Below are positions 11,471-24,289 of a stretch of 64,000 bases of DNA, piece after piece. Every line of letters begins with the position of its first letter. Within the stretch, counting starts at the first letter, position 1. This DNA comes from Haliotis cracherodii. Its lineage: Eukaryota. The DNA lies in NCBI RefSeq assembly GCF_022045235.1, contig NW_027266275.1:59148001-59212000 (forward strand), given 5' to 3'. The notes beneath the pieces were generated by a model that saw nothing but the letters and a program-made list of their open reading frames with translations, was not told where the DNA came from and ran no database searches. Made by a program: the position numbers and the translations under genes.

Positions 11471-14400
11471 TTATATAGATATGCTACTACAACTGCGACA
11501 GTGAGTTGCATGACAATATATATTAACACATCAAAGTGACCGTATCGCTAGCTCTCCGTTGGGCTTCGATGACAGCACGTGGATCCGTACAACCAATGTA
11601 AACAAAGGATAACTACGCAAAAACAAGTAGATTTTCACGTATTAGGATACTTTCTTTATGAACCGTAACCATTCTTTGACATTTGTTTATGAAAATGTGT
11701 AGACTTGTCAAACATGAAACGGATGAAAAGCATAGGCAATATGTTGAATGGACTGTGAAAGATGTGACGAATCGTCACAGTCATGGCGCTTGCCTGTGGC
11801 AGAGGTACCATGATGGTCGCATGGAACTCTGTGTAGGAGAGTGACAAAAGATAGATGCGTAGAGAAAGCGAGGAATCAGCCTATGTGAACGATGAGGACG
11901 TCATTGTATTATTCATTCGTGACCAGCTCGTGCTATTCCGGGACAAGTCGTATTTTCGCAAATGACATTCATCGATAGTGGGACGAGTCTTCTTGCGGGT
12001 TACGGAAAGGGGCGAGTGGTGACGAATGTGGATTTTTGTGTTGCACTTATGGAACGGGCAGTCCTCTATACAGTTATTCCTAGACAGGATTCCAACTCCC
12101 ATGTTTTCAACACAGATAGAGTGCATGTGGAGCTGTTGATGGACTGAACGCAAATATGAAATTAGGCAGAGATGTAGAAATATAATTTGCTCATGACATA
12201 AGCAGATATGCAGGGATTATGCGTACACTAGTCATACCCTGCACTCCACGTAAACGATTATGTGTATTTATTATATGCAACTGATGTTGAGAATGTCTGC
12301 ACAGGAAGTCGTGAATTTATACTGCAAAATTTTGCAACAAAATAATTTGTGCCACAAAAATATGGTAACCAAACTAATCTGCCTACAGTCCGAATGGCAT
12401 GGCATAATATTAATTTATTGGTAAAGCCATGATATCAATCACCATTTTTTACCATGCGGAAGATGCAAATCGGATCAGATTCGGATTGAGAACGGGAGAA
12501 TGGGGACGAATTCGGCTGGAAACGGTTGAATCGGGACGCTTCCTGAAAAATATCTGTTTGTTTGTGAATTTCTCGCCGCCATGAATAACAGGTTCTTGAT
12601 CAGAATTTGATGAATTTTAATCGGGAATGGTCCTATCAAGGACTGCAGTAAAAATCCTGAATGTGTGACTGAGCCCTAAAGGACTGGATTGGATTGGATT
12701 GCCTTGAAGTGCGATCACTGACAAAGTTGAAAATCATGGATAAGCGATTGCCGTTTCGACCTGCAATGATTATGTACTGTTGTAGAGATAAGAGAACAAA
12801 TTAGACGATAAATTTGAGGATAACATAATGATGACTATTTTACACAAATTCCAGGAAAACTTGCAATGTTTAGGTACTGTTGTCATAGATGATAATTACA
12901 GTTTCGACAATTAAGAACGGAATTTTCTTAACTATTTTACGCACAAACCATTTGGAAAACTATTTATTTATGGCCATAAATTAGAGAGGTTATCACGCGG
13001 GTGTGTTTTGGATTGGTAAATGTCCTAAGTTGGTAATATTCATCGCCTTCACTCCCACCACAGGACATTTACCACCCAACAGCACACCATATTTTATAAC
13101 TTTGCATGGAATCGAACTTTCCATATGGAGTCAAAACACGACGTTGAGCTGCACACATCTACCAAGAATAAGAAAATCTGTTGTAACTTCCACATGTGAA
13201 TCATGAATTCAAGCTGCCGTTACCGCATTCCCCTCATCGTTCTATATAGTTTTTTCTCTCTATATGTCATTACTGGGAACGACGGAATGTCCCGTAAGAA
13301 AAGTCTTCCAATAGTGCTCCAACCAGTCATACATGCACACATCGAACGTATTTCCGCATATATACTCTAAACAAAATAGCGGATACACAGAAATAATGTA
13401 AAATGTCCAAGAATGTAAGAGGTATTAGTTTGTCGTAATAGTTGTATGATAGTAATGAACGAATTTGTAATGCGTTACAAGGGGTAGTGAAGATTGACAG
13501 CAGATGTTATGACCGCCAACGTACGATGTTGAAGGACGATAATATTAAGATGGGAAATTTCAGAGTGGACGTTTTTGGATCAGTAGTGCGTTATCCGGTT
13601 ACGATTTGTCAAACATTCATTCACTCCAAGACGCAAACTGCGTATGAATCTCCGAAATGCGATTTGAGGGAGCCTGTTCCACTCCTCTTGCTACACCTGG
13701 CCAAGTTCGACCAACGTTGTCGGCAGCATATGACGTTGGTTCGATCACACGTCTCCCTACCATGTCCAAGACGTGTTCATTTAGGAGATAAACCTATTGT
13801 GTTTTGAAATTTGATGTAGTCCCACTGTAGAATAGATACCTCTTTATTATAATTTTGAACCGAGCGCTTTAGCACAGTAGGTTTATCTCCATTCTACCAT
13901 GACGGCAACAAGGCTTTAAAAACGGCGCTCTTTTGCAACGCGTAATAACACAGGTGCACAGGTGCAATCTTAGAACAATCTGCAAAGTGGTCACATGTAG
14001 TTATATATGTAACAATTATTATTAAAGTTCAAGATTAAAAAACACCATAGTCGTGAGTAGTTCATAATAAGTATTGAAAACACATAGTTTTTCAAACAGA
14101 AGTTGACAAATAACACTCCTAACTTAATCCAAAGGGAGATGTTTTAATTTCTATCAAACTGTTATACACTGTGGACTGGCTGTCGTTTCTCGGAATTTGT
14201 GAGAGAGGTCATTTCTTGGAAATCGAACATGCCATCATTTCTATTGTAGGGGTGACGGGTAATAGAAAAAGGTTTTCAAATGCTAAACGAATATATTTCT
14301 ACAGCACACTTTATGAATTAACATTCTAATATACATTTAACATGTCTAAGAGTTATTAGATAGATAGCAATTACCTCCAGTAAACAATAATAACATCAAA

Positions 14401-15463
14401 GTAAATGCCTCTCCACCCCGAGCTTGGATGTGGCAGAACCTGACCTACATCACGGTTACTCACACCTCACAGCTGTCAATGGCTGACGATCATTTGTTTA
14501 CATTAACTAGATCTAGTTAAAAGAAGCAAGATGACAACCCCGATCTATGATGTGGTTCAACATTTACCTGTAGATTTACTGAGATTGATCGAGCCTGCGG
14601 GTACATCCATATGATTACTAATGGAACTGAGTATGACTGAACAGCCGCTGTTTAGGCTGCAGACGAGCCGGATATTTTGAAACGAGGAATCTGCATGGTG
14701 TGACCTGTCAATTTCAAGATTTCACGGATCCAAAGCCAAATAGTGACAGAACTTAGACATTTCTGGTCCAGAAATAGTAGGTCGTGTATGATTTTCATAA
14801 TTGTGCGTGTTCTGAAATGCAAGTTTGATAAGCTTTGACCTTCAGTTGGGGCATTGTTTTCGTGGACTTTCGAAGGGGAGTGTTTTCTGATGCACTTTCA
14901 AATCCCCTCCTGCCAAATTCTAACGGTGGTGGTTGACGGAGATGGCAATGGATATCGATCAGAAAAAGGTTTGTAAACACCATGTTGTCATGAATAAAAT
15001 GTCTTCAAACACATTTCATTATGTTATATTTCACTTTCATTGTCGGTTGTTTCAATAATGAAATTACCAATACCTGTTCGTGGGTTTCAGAAAAAGTTAC
15101 CAAAAAAATGAACAATTATTATTTTCTCAACAAAATTTATTAGATATTACTCTTTCACTTATTTTGAATGTGTGAATCTTTGAATTATACCTCTGGATCC
15201 CCACCCTGAATTCAGAACCGTCCTAACGTGTCCCGGTTGTCACTATATCTGCACTGCACTTAGTTATGGCTGCCAAAGAAATTGTTAACAGTAAGAGTGC
15301 TGTTAAAGAATTGCAGGAAACCAGAAGACAACCCAGTACTGATGCACAGTGTGATGCTGTTCAACGTTAACATGTTGACTAACTATCCCTGCTGGTGTGA
15401 TGTTGTTTTTTCAAACAAATTTTTATAATGTTATATTTTACTTTCATTGTCGGTTGTTTCAAT

Positions 15464-16050
15464 GAGGAAATAGCTTAAATTGTTCCGATTGTGGTCCATC
15501 TTCCCGAGGCAAGTGAGTTAACTGACTATAAAAGTCCAGTTTCCACCCTTGCCGAACTAGGCTGGTATTATGGAGTCTATGCATAGTCCAATCAAAGTCG
15601 CGCTCCGAAATCGAAATCCGGTTCGTAAAGTGTCATGCAGATTTCGGTCGACTGCAGAATTTGCAAAGTATGTGCACCGCTAACTCGTTGTCAACAGATA
15701 TTTTCTATATCTTTTCATGTTTTTAATCAAGGTGCTCACGTGATTTGATGCACTTCGCGATGTAAGACTCGTTTGATCACAATATAGATCTTGATTATCG
15801 ATCAGATCGTCTTGACTGGGCGCCACCGTTTTGTTTGAAGCAAATGCAAGTGATACGAGAGGTTGAATCTGATAGGTCAATAGGAGAGGCATAGAAAGGA
15901 TATTACTCGTAATAGCCACTGGTGGCGCTACGATCGAGCCCAGGAATTCCAGCCTAGTTCGGCAAGGGTGGAAATTGGACTTTTAAAGTCAATTAACACA
16001 CTTGCCTCGGGAAGATGGACCACAATCGGAACAATTTAAGCTATTTCTCT
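15464..16050. mobile_element. MITE-like element with ~100-bp terminal inverted repeats
   Basis: GAAATAGCTTAAATTGTTCCGATTGTGGTCCATCTTCCCGAGGCAAG...CCGAACTAGGCTGG is mirrored at ~15950-16047. A diverged relative lies at ~40445-40830. Confidence 0.8.
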
Positions 16051-17313
16051 CTTGCCTCGGGAATATGATTCTGGTCACCATAGAACATTTCTCAAACAGT
16101 TTCATAAACATTTCATTTCATGTCATCATCGAAGTAGTCAGGGTTGCGGCCTAGAACGCCCCAAACATCCGATATCAAACTACCGTATTTCCTCTATTTG
16201 ACACTACGCCGTTTATTAATTTTGCGAGAGCCCTTGACTCGGCGTGTATTAGAGACCTGGGCCCCGTTCCTCAAAGCGATCTTAGCGCTAAGATGATCGT
16301 AAGCCTATGTTAAAGTATGGGATATCTGGCTGGTATTAGAGACCCAGCGTGTATTAGAGGAAATATAGATATGTTTTACAGTTCATAAGGGGACGATCGA
16401 TCGGCAGCCATTTTCTGTGAATCGATATGTGTAGGCTATCTATGTATTCATACGCACGTTTTTTTGTGAAAAGGCTTAATATTTGAAAGGGGTTTCCGTA
16501 GCAAAAAGGAAATCTCTATTTAACCAATCAGAATCAAGCATTCATCAATGTCATGGTAGAATTCGACGTCACCAGAACCGACCACGCCTATCAAGGCATT
16601 GCAAAATGAATCGGGACTCATCTGAAATCATGAGACGTGACCAGCGACGATTTCGAGGTTATGTACATCATTGACGTATGTGTGAGAAGTTGCACAACAC
16701 GTGGCCATCGAGCATGGAGATGGGCTGCATGTAGACGATTTCTAATCATCTGACCCGTACCTCCTATTCCAGTAGCCTGACGATAGTTTGTATCAGTTTG
16801 ATTCACCTTTTGAGCTCGATTTCGTAGAGCCTGGTTTCGGATCAATCGGTCCTGTAATCTTTTTACCCCTGAACGGGGTAGATCGTCAACATTTTGGGTT
16901 TGCTGGTACCCCTGCCATAGTCTTAACATTGGCCACTGCACGCTGACTTCCAAGCATGCCAATAGCCTTAAACGCTCCGCGCGATGCAGACGCTGAATCG
17001 CAAGTTAATTGACAAACATTGAATGCAACCATGTAAATCACAACTGTATGATAAGAATTAATAGGATTGACATAAATAATGGTCCACGGAGATTACTTGA
17101 CCTTTCTTGAAAGCTTCAAAATCAGGAATGACAGCCTACGCACGTGTATGGTGCTACTCCGTGTGGCACGTGAAACTATAGGAAGTTTTACAGATACATC
17201 TGTTCTAGCATAGGATGTTTGTCGGCAACACTTATCTTTGTTCTAATACTTGGTATTAATATTTATATTTCATTACCCCCAACTGTGTTGTAAGAGTATA
17301 TTTGTGAAAGTTT

Positions 17314-17963
17314 CTGTCCCCCGCCGCGCGAAAGCGCGAAGCGGGGGAGATAGTATTCACGACCGTCCGTACGTACGTTCTACCTGTTTGTTGCCGCGAT
17401 ATCTCAAGAACTAAACACTGGATTGTCTTCATATTTGGAACTATGGTGTATATACAGACACCGCAGACACCAGTCGGTTTTGGTGACCTTGACCTCATTT
17501 TCAAGGTCACAGCAGGCAAATCTGCTTTTGGAGTTGGAAAACGGTGTTGCAGCGATATCTCAAGAACTAAACACTGGATTGTTTTCATATTTGGAACTAT
17601 GGTGTATATACAGACTCCGCAGACACCAGTCGGTTTTGGTGACCTTGACCTCATTTTCAAGGTCACAGCAGTCAAATCTGCTTTTGGAGTGTGAAAACGG
17701 TGTTGCCGTGATATCTCAAGAACCAAACACTGGATTGTCTTCATATTTGGAACTATGGTGTATATAAAGACTCCGCAGACACCAGTCGGTTTTGGTGACC
17801 TTGACCCCATTTTCAAGGTCACAGCAGGCAAATCTGCTTTTGGAGTTGGAAAACGGTATTTGCCGCGATATCTCAAGAACTAATCGCTGGATTGTCTTCA
17901 TATTTGGTACTATGGTGTATATACAGGCGGGGGGACATTTTGTCACTTTGTGACAAATACTTG
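17314..17963 (+). mobile_element. pearl/DINE-1-like Helentron-associated element with 156-bp core repeats
   Basis: Subterminal IR TGTCCCCCGCC (17315) / GGCGGGGGGACA (17926-17937), 5' hairpin, GTCC/GTAC-type microsatellite, cores starting at 17401, 17557, 17713 and 17870, and 3' hairpin TGTCAC-TTT-GTGACA. Inserted in a T-run; the empty site is visible at ~865-875. Confidence 0.85.
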
Positions 17964-18760
17964 TCCTATTTTCATTTGACGTGTCGACAATAATTGAAGC
18001 GGGTGCATCTGACACATCATCAATGTTCAAGTCCAGTACAATTCCCCCTGCCAAAATTACACATTGTCTCATTCCATGCATTTCCTAAACGCTAGCTGCC
18101 AGTCAAAACTGTGCCTTCTGTTGGGGCTGTTCTGTACCACCACCATTTTTGACTTACTTTTGGGGAATACATACTGTACAATGAGTTGCCCCGTGTCCTT
18201 CATTAACCAGCGGCCTTAGACATTTATCAACCCCAGTGTCTAGAAGCGGATACAACATCAACTTTGACCCAGGTATCACTCACTCACTCACTGGTAGGCT
18301 GGAAGGGTATTGTGAGTGAGTGAGTTTGGTTTGGACAGTGTGTCTCAGTCATATCACGGCGTGTCAGCGAGTTTAGGCGTTTACCACTTATGTAAGACCC
18401 ACACGCACGGGTATGGTGCTGACAAAACTAGCGACATAATCAGGGCCAACCGGGATTCGAACCCACGATAATAGGTGCCGCTAGTATACACGTGTATCCT
18501 GCATGTAGCATGAAAGATATCAACGAAAGAACACAAGAAACGGTTCTATGTTATTCATTTAATTAAACACAAACATATTCAAACAAAATAATACAAAACT
18601 GATTTTGATTTAAAGTTAAAAATGTACACAGTTATTTTCATTTTCCTTATTTACAAGTATGTACAAATACAAACACATATCTACTCCTCCTCCTCCTCCT
18701 CCATCACCTCCAGTCCCCACACAGTGGCACGTGACTCCCCCTCCTCACACAGCTGATACT

Positions 18761-20203
18761 CTAGGGCCACCTCTGCCCCAACCCTGCCATATCCCCAACC
18801 ACGTCACTCCAATTCACACCATTGTCCAGACAATATTCAGGGTGGAACTTCAGTTCTCGTTCAATGTCCATTTTCTGGGTTTTTGTCTGCTGGAAGTTGG
18901 GCTGCAGGATATCGATAATGTCTATGCTTGCCATCTCGGCGTCAACGCAGCGAGATAGACGACGGTTGCTTGTCCGCCATGCAGGTTTCTGTGTCCTTAT
19001 GAAAGTCTTCAACAGGACGTAGACAGTAACTACCACAGCTGAAACAGAATATTAAAGTGTGAATATTAAAATGGGAAACTTTAGAAACTGTGAAATGCGT
19101 TAAATCTTGATAGTGTGTGATTTTGAGGTACTAAATGATTCAGAAGAGGAGGAAGAGAGAAATAACCTACCAATTCCTGCAAGTATTGCGAGAGTGAGAA
19201 GACAGATGTTTCCTGGGCAAAACCACGTGACATCTGAAAGAAAACAATCACATGTGTACTATTTCAAACGTAACAAGATGTTCGACCTTTTACATCATTA
19301 AGGGACTGATATTGGACATTTCCCATGAGTTTATTTAATACGTTTATATAATGATGATGTATTATATATATGAAATGACATCCAACATAGAATTCAGATA
19401 CATCAAATATTCATTAATGAACATCAGTTGTCGGCTGCTGTGTAATATACTCACCACGAAAAGAAACGTAGGAGGTGACGTCAGCTGACGAGAGTGTCGT
19501 AGTACTGGAACAGAGTGGGATTAATAAAAAGAGGGATGACATATGGCATAAAGTCATCTTGTAACCATAAAGTTGTTTTGAATAAAGATAATAGCATGAA
19601 AATAATTTTATTGTGATAAGCTAAATGTCGGGCAAAAGAAAGTATACATCCATGATTGAAGATGGCTAAAAATGAAACAAACCAAAGTGATTATTAGGGG
19701 ATGATGTATTCAATATGGATATCAAAGTAATGTTTGGTTCTTAACTTTGAAGAGTTTCGGCGTCTGTTTTCAGCCAAGTAACGATTTGATAATGTGTGTT
19801 AATGTTTTGGTCAAATCTATTTTTCAAGTTTGCACTTTCATTTGCCCGTTACCTCTACTTTGACATAATGATCCAAAAGTGTTGAGTTGATATTCTGTCC
19901 CAATAATGATTAGTTATTTAAACTAAGTAAAAATGTGACAATTAAAGGCCCTTAATTGGATTTATATGCAACGACTGCTACCATCAGGGTTGAGTGAGTT
20001 AGTTGGGTTTTAATTCCGCTTCAAGCATTATCACGGCGGGGGACACCTACAATATGCTTCACACGTTGTACCCATGTGGGGACTCGAAGCGGGTCTTCGG
20101 TTTGACGAGCGAAAACTTAACCCACTGGCCCATACCACCTCCCCCAAGCAAAAACAAGACAATCTTACCTCGTACGAGCCGGTAGATTCCAGTTAGGAGG
20201 CAT
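18761..20203 (-). CDS. Uncharacterised 120-aa protein, copy 3 (exons 20203-20169, 19504-19455, 19038-18761)
   Basis: Nearly identical to copy 2, with intact splice sites and the same C-terminal frameshift. Confidence 0.7.
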
Positions 20204-20279
20204 CTTGGTGTTCAAAAAGACGAAAACTCGAAGAGCGTGACAAGTTAGTACCATGCAGGCAGACAGCTTTGTCGTGATT

Positions 20280-20580
20280 GTGACGTCATGACACATAGTG
20301 ACAATTGTGACGTGTAACACCAGTGACGTCACGTGTTTGCGTAGACTTAGCTGGGTTCCATCTTAAGCTGGCTCTCGGCTCTCTTTGCGCGTCGTCAACT
20401 TGCGATATTAAAGACGAAGTCCAGCTTCGAACTCCGGCGCAGTGGTGACTCAGCATAAGACCGTTGCCACAAGCTAATTTGCATATCACATGACCGGACT
20501 TTTCTCTTGTTTGTAAACAGTATAGAGCGGACAAATACAAGTATTTGGGGGCGCTTTACATATTGTTTTGCATAATTAGA
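20280..20580 (-). promoter_or_regulatory. Putative promoter of copy 3
   Basis: Two TGACGTCA, CACGTG, TGACTCAGCA at 20446-20455, ATTTGCAT and TTGCATAA. Confidence 0.6.
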
Positions 20581-22433
20581 AAGATATGCTACTACAACTG
20601 CGACAGTGATTTGCATGACAATATATATTTACACATCAAAGTGACCGTATCGCTAGCTCTCCGTTGGGCTTCGATGACAGCACGTGGATCCGTACAACCA
20701 ATGTAAACAAAGGATAACTACGCAAAAACAAGTAGATTTTCACGTATTAGGATACTTTCTTAATGAACCGTAACCATTCTTTGACATTTGTTAATGAAAA
20801 TGTGTAGATTTGTCAAACATGAAACGGATGAAAAGCATATGCAATATGTTGAATGGACTGTGAAAGATGTGACGAATCGTCACAGTCATGGCGCTTGCCT
20901 GTGGCAGAGGTACCATGATGGTCGCATGGAACTCTGTGTAGGAGAGTGACAAAAGATAGATGCGTAGAGAAAGCGAGGAACCAGCCTATGTGAACGATGA
21001 GGACGTCATTGTATTATTCATTCGTGACCAGCTCGTGCTATTCCAGGACAAGTCGTATTTTCGCAAATGACATTCATCGATAGTGGGACGAGTCTTCTTG
21101 CGGGTTACGGAAAGGTGGATTTTTGTGTTGCACTTATGGAACGGGCAGTCCTCTATACAGTCCTGCTAGACAGGATTCCAGCTCCCTTGTTTTCAACACA
21201 GATAGAGTGCATGTGGAGCTGTTGATGGACTGAACGCAAATATGAAATTAGGCAGAGATGTAGAAATATAATTTGCTCATGACATAAGCAGATATGCAGG
21301 GATTGTGCGTACACTAGTCATACCCTGCACTCCACGTAAACAATTATGTGTATTTATTATATGCAACTGATGTTGAGAATGTCTGCACAGGAAGTCATGA
21401 ATTTATACTGCAAAAATGTGCAACAAAATAATTTGTGCGACGAAAGTAAGGTAACAAAAAACTAATCTGCCTACAGTCCGAATGGCATGGCATAATATTA
21501 GTTTATTGGTAAAGCCATGATATCAATCACAGGATTGTCTGGTCCAGACTCGATTATTTACAGACCGCCGTCATACACTTGGAATATTGTTGAGTGCGGC
21601 GTAAAATGCAACAACAAACAAACCATGTTATGGCGCCAGAAAATCTCGAAATATCACGAGTATTTGTTTTTCATCTGGAATCCTTGTATGATATCCACTT
21701 TTGATGAAATAAAGTAAATATTTATGATTTGTAGCCAGTCAGAGGTGTAAAGATTTAAATCCTACAGTGCGCATTGACGGACTTTCTTTCCGGACGATCT
21801 GTGGTCCTCTGTGGTGAATACCTGATATAAGACGATGGACTGATGATGATGCGCGGTAACGGCAGCTATGGATTCTTGCTACGCATGTGGTGGTTATAAT
21901 TGATTGTCCGTCAAACATGTTTCATGGTCGGTGGGCTCAAAGGCTCCCTGTACAAAGACAACACCGCTCTATCATGACGAGAACGTAGGTCAGCCGTGGA
22001 AGAGCTATACATCTGCAGACCCGTGGGATTCTGGGTAAAAATATAGGTCTCCAGCAACCTACATATGTTTGTTGTAAGAGACGACTCGATGGGTAGGGTA
22101 GTCACTGGTCAGACTCGCAGACTTGGTTGATTGCATTGTCGTATCCCAAATGCGCAGATCGGTGCTCATGATGTCAATCACTGGCTTGTCTGGTCCAGAC
22201 TCGATCATTTACAGACCGACGTCATATAGCTGGAATGTGTTCGGCCTTAAACAAAAAACAAACATGCTGGAGGTAACATCTGTGACCCTCCTGGGTGCCA
22301 TGCAATGCAATAATCATGGCGAGTCAAATATTCCAGAATTTGGAAGGACGTATGCTCTTTCTAGAGGCAACTGCACATGCACTGTAACCCCGACTTTCGG
22401 TCGACAGATGGCAGAAATAGGGCAGGACATGAA

Positions 22434-22645
22434 ATAATTCAAACCCGTTAGCCCTAGTGACGTGATCGTTTACAATAATTCCAACCCGTTAGCCCTAGTG
22501 ACCTGATCGTTTACAATGATTCCCACCCGTTAGCCCCAGTGACGTGATCGTTTACAATAATTCCAACCCGTTAGCCCCAGTGACGTGATCGTTTGCAATA
22601 ATTCCAACCCGTTAGCCCTAGTGAAGTGATAGTTTACAATAATTC
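22434..22645. repeat. 41-bp tandem repeat, 5 units
   Basis: Unit ATAATTCCAACCCGTTAGCCCCAGTGACGTGATCGTTTACA; only a single unit at the paralogous site (~6201-6247). Confidence 0.9.
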
Positions 22646-24289
22646 GTCAGTGCAATTTAAGTGATATTGTTGCTTCCTTGTTTGAATTTTGTTCCTTTTC
22701 ACGACAGATATGTGAAATATTAGTACCACTGTAAGGCTTTGACGGATTGGTTCCATGGTACATACCATTAGGACTATACACTAGTGGTCGTATGTCTACG
22801 CACAGTGTATAAATCATCTTCAAACAATATGCACGAGGAAAGGACCGCGAATTCAAATGGGCTCCAGCTTCGAAAAATGTGCAAAATTGGTGATGCGATC
22901 GACGGGAAGAAATATTTACTCTCACTTATACTAACTCCGACAACTTTGTGTGGTTGATATAACAGCCACTGTAAACACCGACATGTGAAACAAATCGTTA
23001 GTTCTCGACCAGAGCTACTTTCCTGCAATGTGTTTATATCTAACATGCATAAGATATATTCCATCGACATCCAGGTAAACATCAGAAGACCTCCATACCA
23101 TGCCATGCACCAGGTGCTCCGGGAAGATAGGACACGTGCCAAATACATCACCGACATTTAGGCAACTCTACAGCAAAAACTGTCACTGGCTGAACGCGCT
23201 GAATACTTTGAGTGCATGTCTTTCGACAATGTGGATAGTTTAATATCAAAGCGTTCCCTGGTTAAGACTATAGCTGATCTGATGGTATGTCACGCTTCCA
23301 CTTGTATGATTTGGCACATCACAACTTTATTTTGCTGGAACTTAGCTAATGATATTTGGGTTTACCTCACACATCCCGTATGCGTAAACTAGCTTTGCAG
23401 ATTGTTTATTGGACCTTTCTAACCACCCTCAGTACTTCTTTGATCTATTTTAGTCGCCCTGATAAGTAAAGTCTCAATTACCTGACATCTTTTAAATATC
23501 GACGGATCAGTTCTGCGTTTTGTATGAGACATATTTCAAAAAACAATATTTTCAACATTTTAGCTTATAGGTAAGGAACAAATTGTTTGATAGGCATTAC
23601 TTAGAACTTGGCGGATGATAAAGTAGACACAATTTTATCTTGCATCTTTTGCTGTTACGCTCATGGATTAGAGAACAAAAAACCAACAGGGCTGGGTTAC
23701 CGCATAGAATAACGTGACCATGGATAGAAAACATTAGGCATTTTATGTTTGCTTCAATTACTTTTGTGTACACAACGGCTCCCTAATATGAAACAAGGAG
23801 GCTAATTACGCAGACTCGCTGTATTAACAAATCATCTACTCTTGTTAATAAAGTCGAATCTTGATTAATAATTTGATACAAACAAAACCCGTTATTCCAC
23901 TCACGCAAGCCTGAAATAACACGACAAGATTTAACATTGAATTCCAATCTCCAATTATGCTTAATAATTCATTCTGATCTACTGTCGTCTAATGTTTTAT
24001 CCGACTTAATGAAATATTTATAATGCAACGTGAATCTTAACCTTTTATCGGGAGAAATACTACAATCTGAGACTTAAATTAAAACATTCTGGTAACCATA
24101 GCAGCATATAAACACAGCGGGGGTTATCGCGGAAACACGATCCAGGATGTAACCTCTGCGCACTCTCACTGCGCATAACGTGTCTTCCCTTCATTTGTCG
24201 CGGCGCGAAATATCACTGATATGTAGCGAAACATTGAATAATACACCAGTTCTGTGTGTGTTGTCTCATTGACAGGAAACCGGGTAGTC

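Larger units (their letters stand above)
13360..18172 (-). mobile_element. Tc1-like remnant (paralog of 40-1080) interrupted by nested insertions
   Basis: C-terminal transposase relic at ~13580-13740, N-terminal HTH relic (DDLPRSG...QDRLIRNQALRNR...IRNRLHAAHLHAR) at ~16690-16990, right TIR at ~18150-18172. Insertions at ~13740-16680 and 17314-17963. Confidence 0.65.

Noticed and set aside
17256-18081. 206-aa and overlapping repetitive ORFs
   Set aside because: They arise from the 156-bp (multiple of three) core of a non-autonomous element; no splice or domain support.
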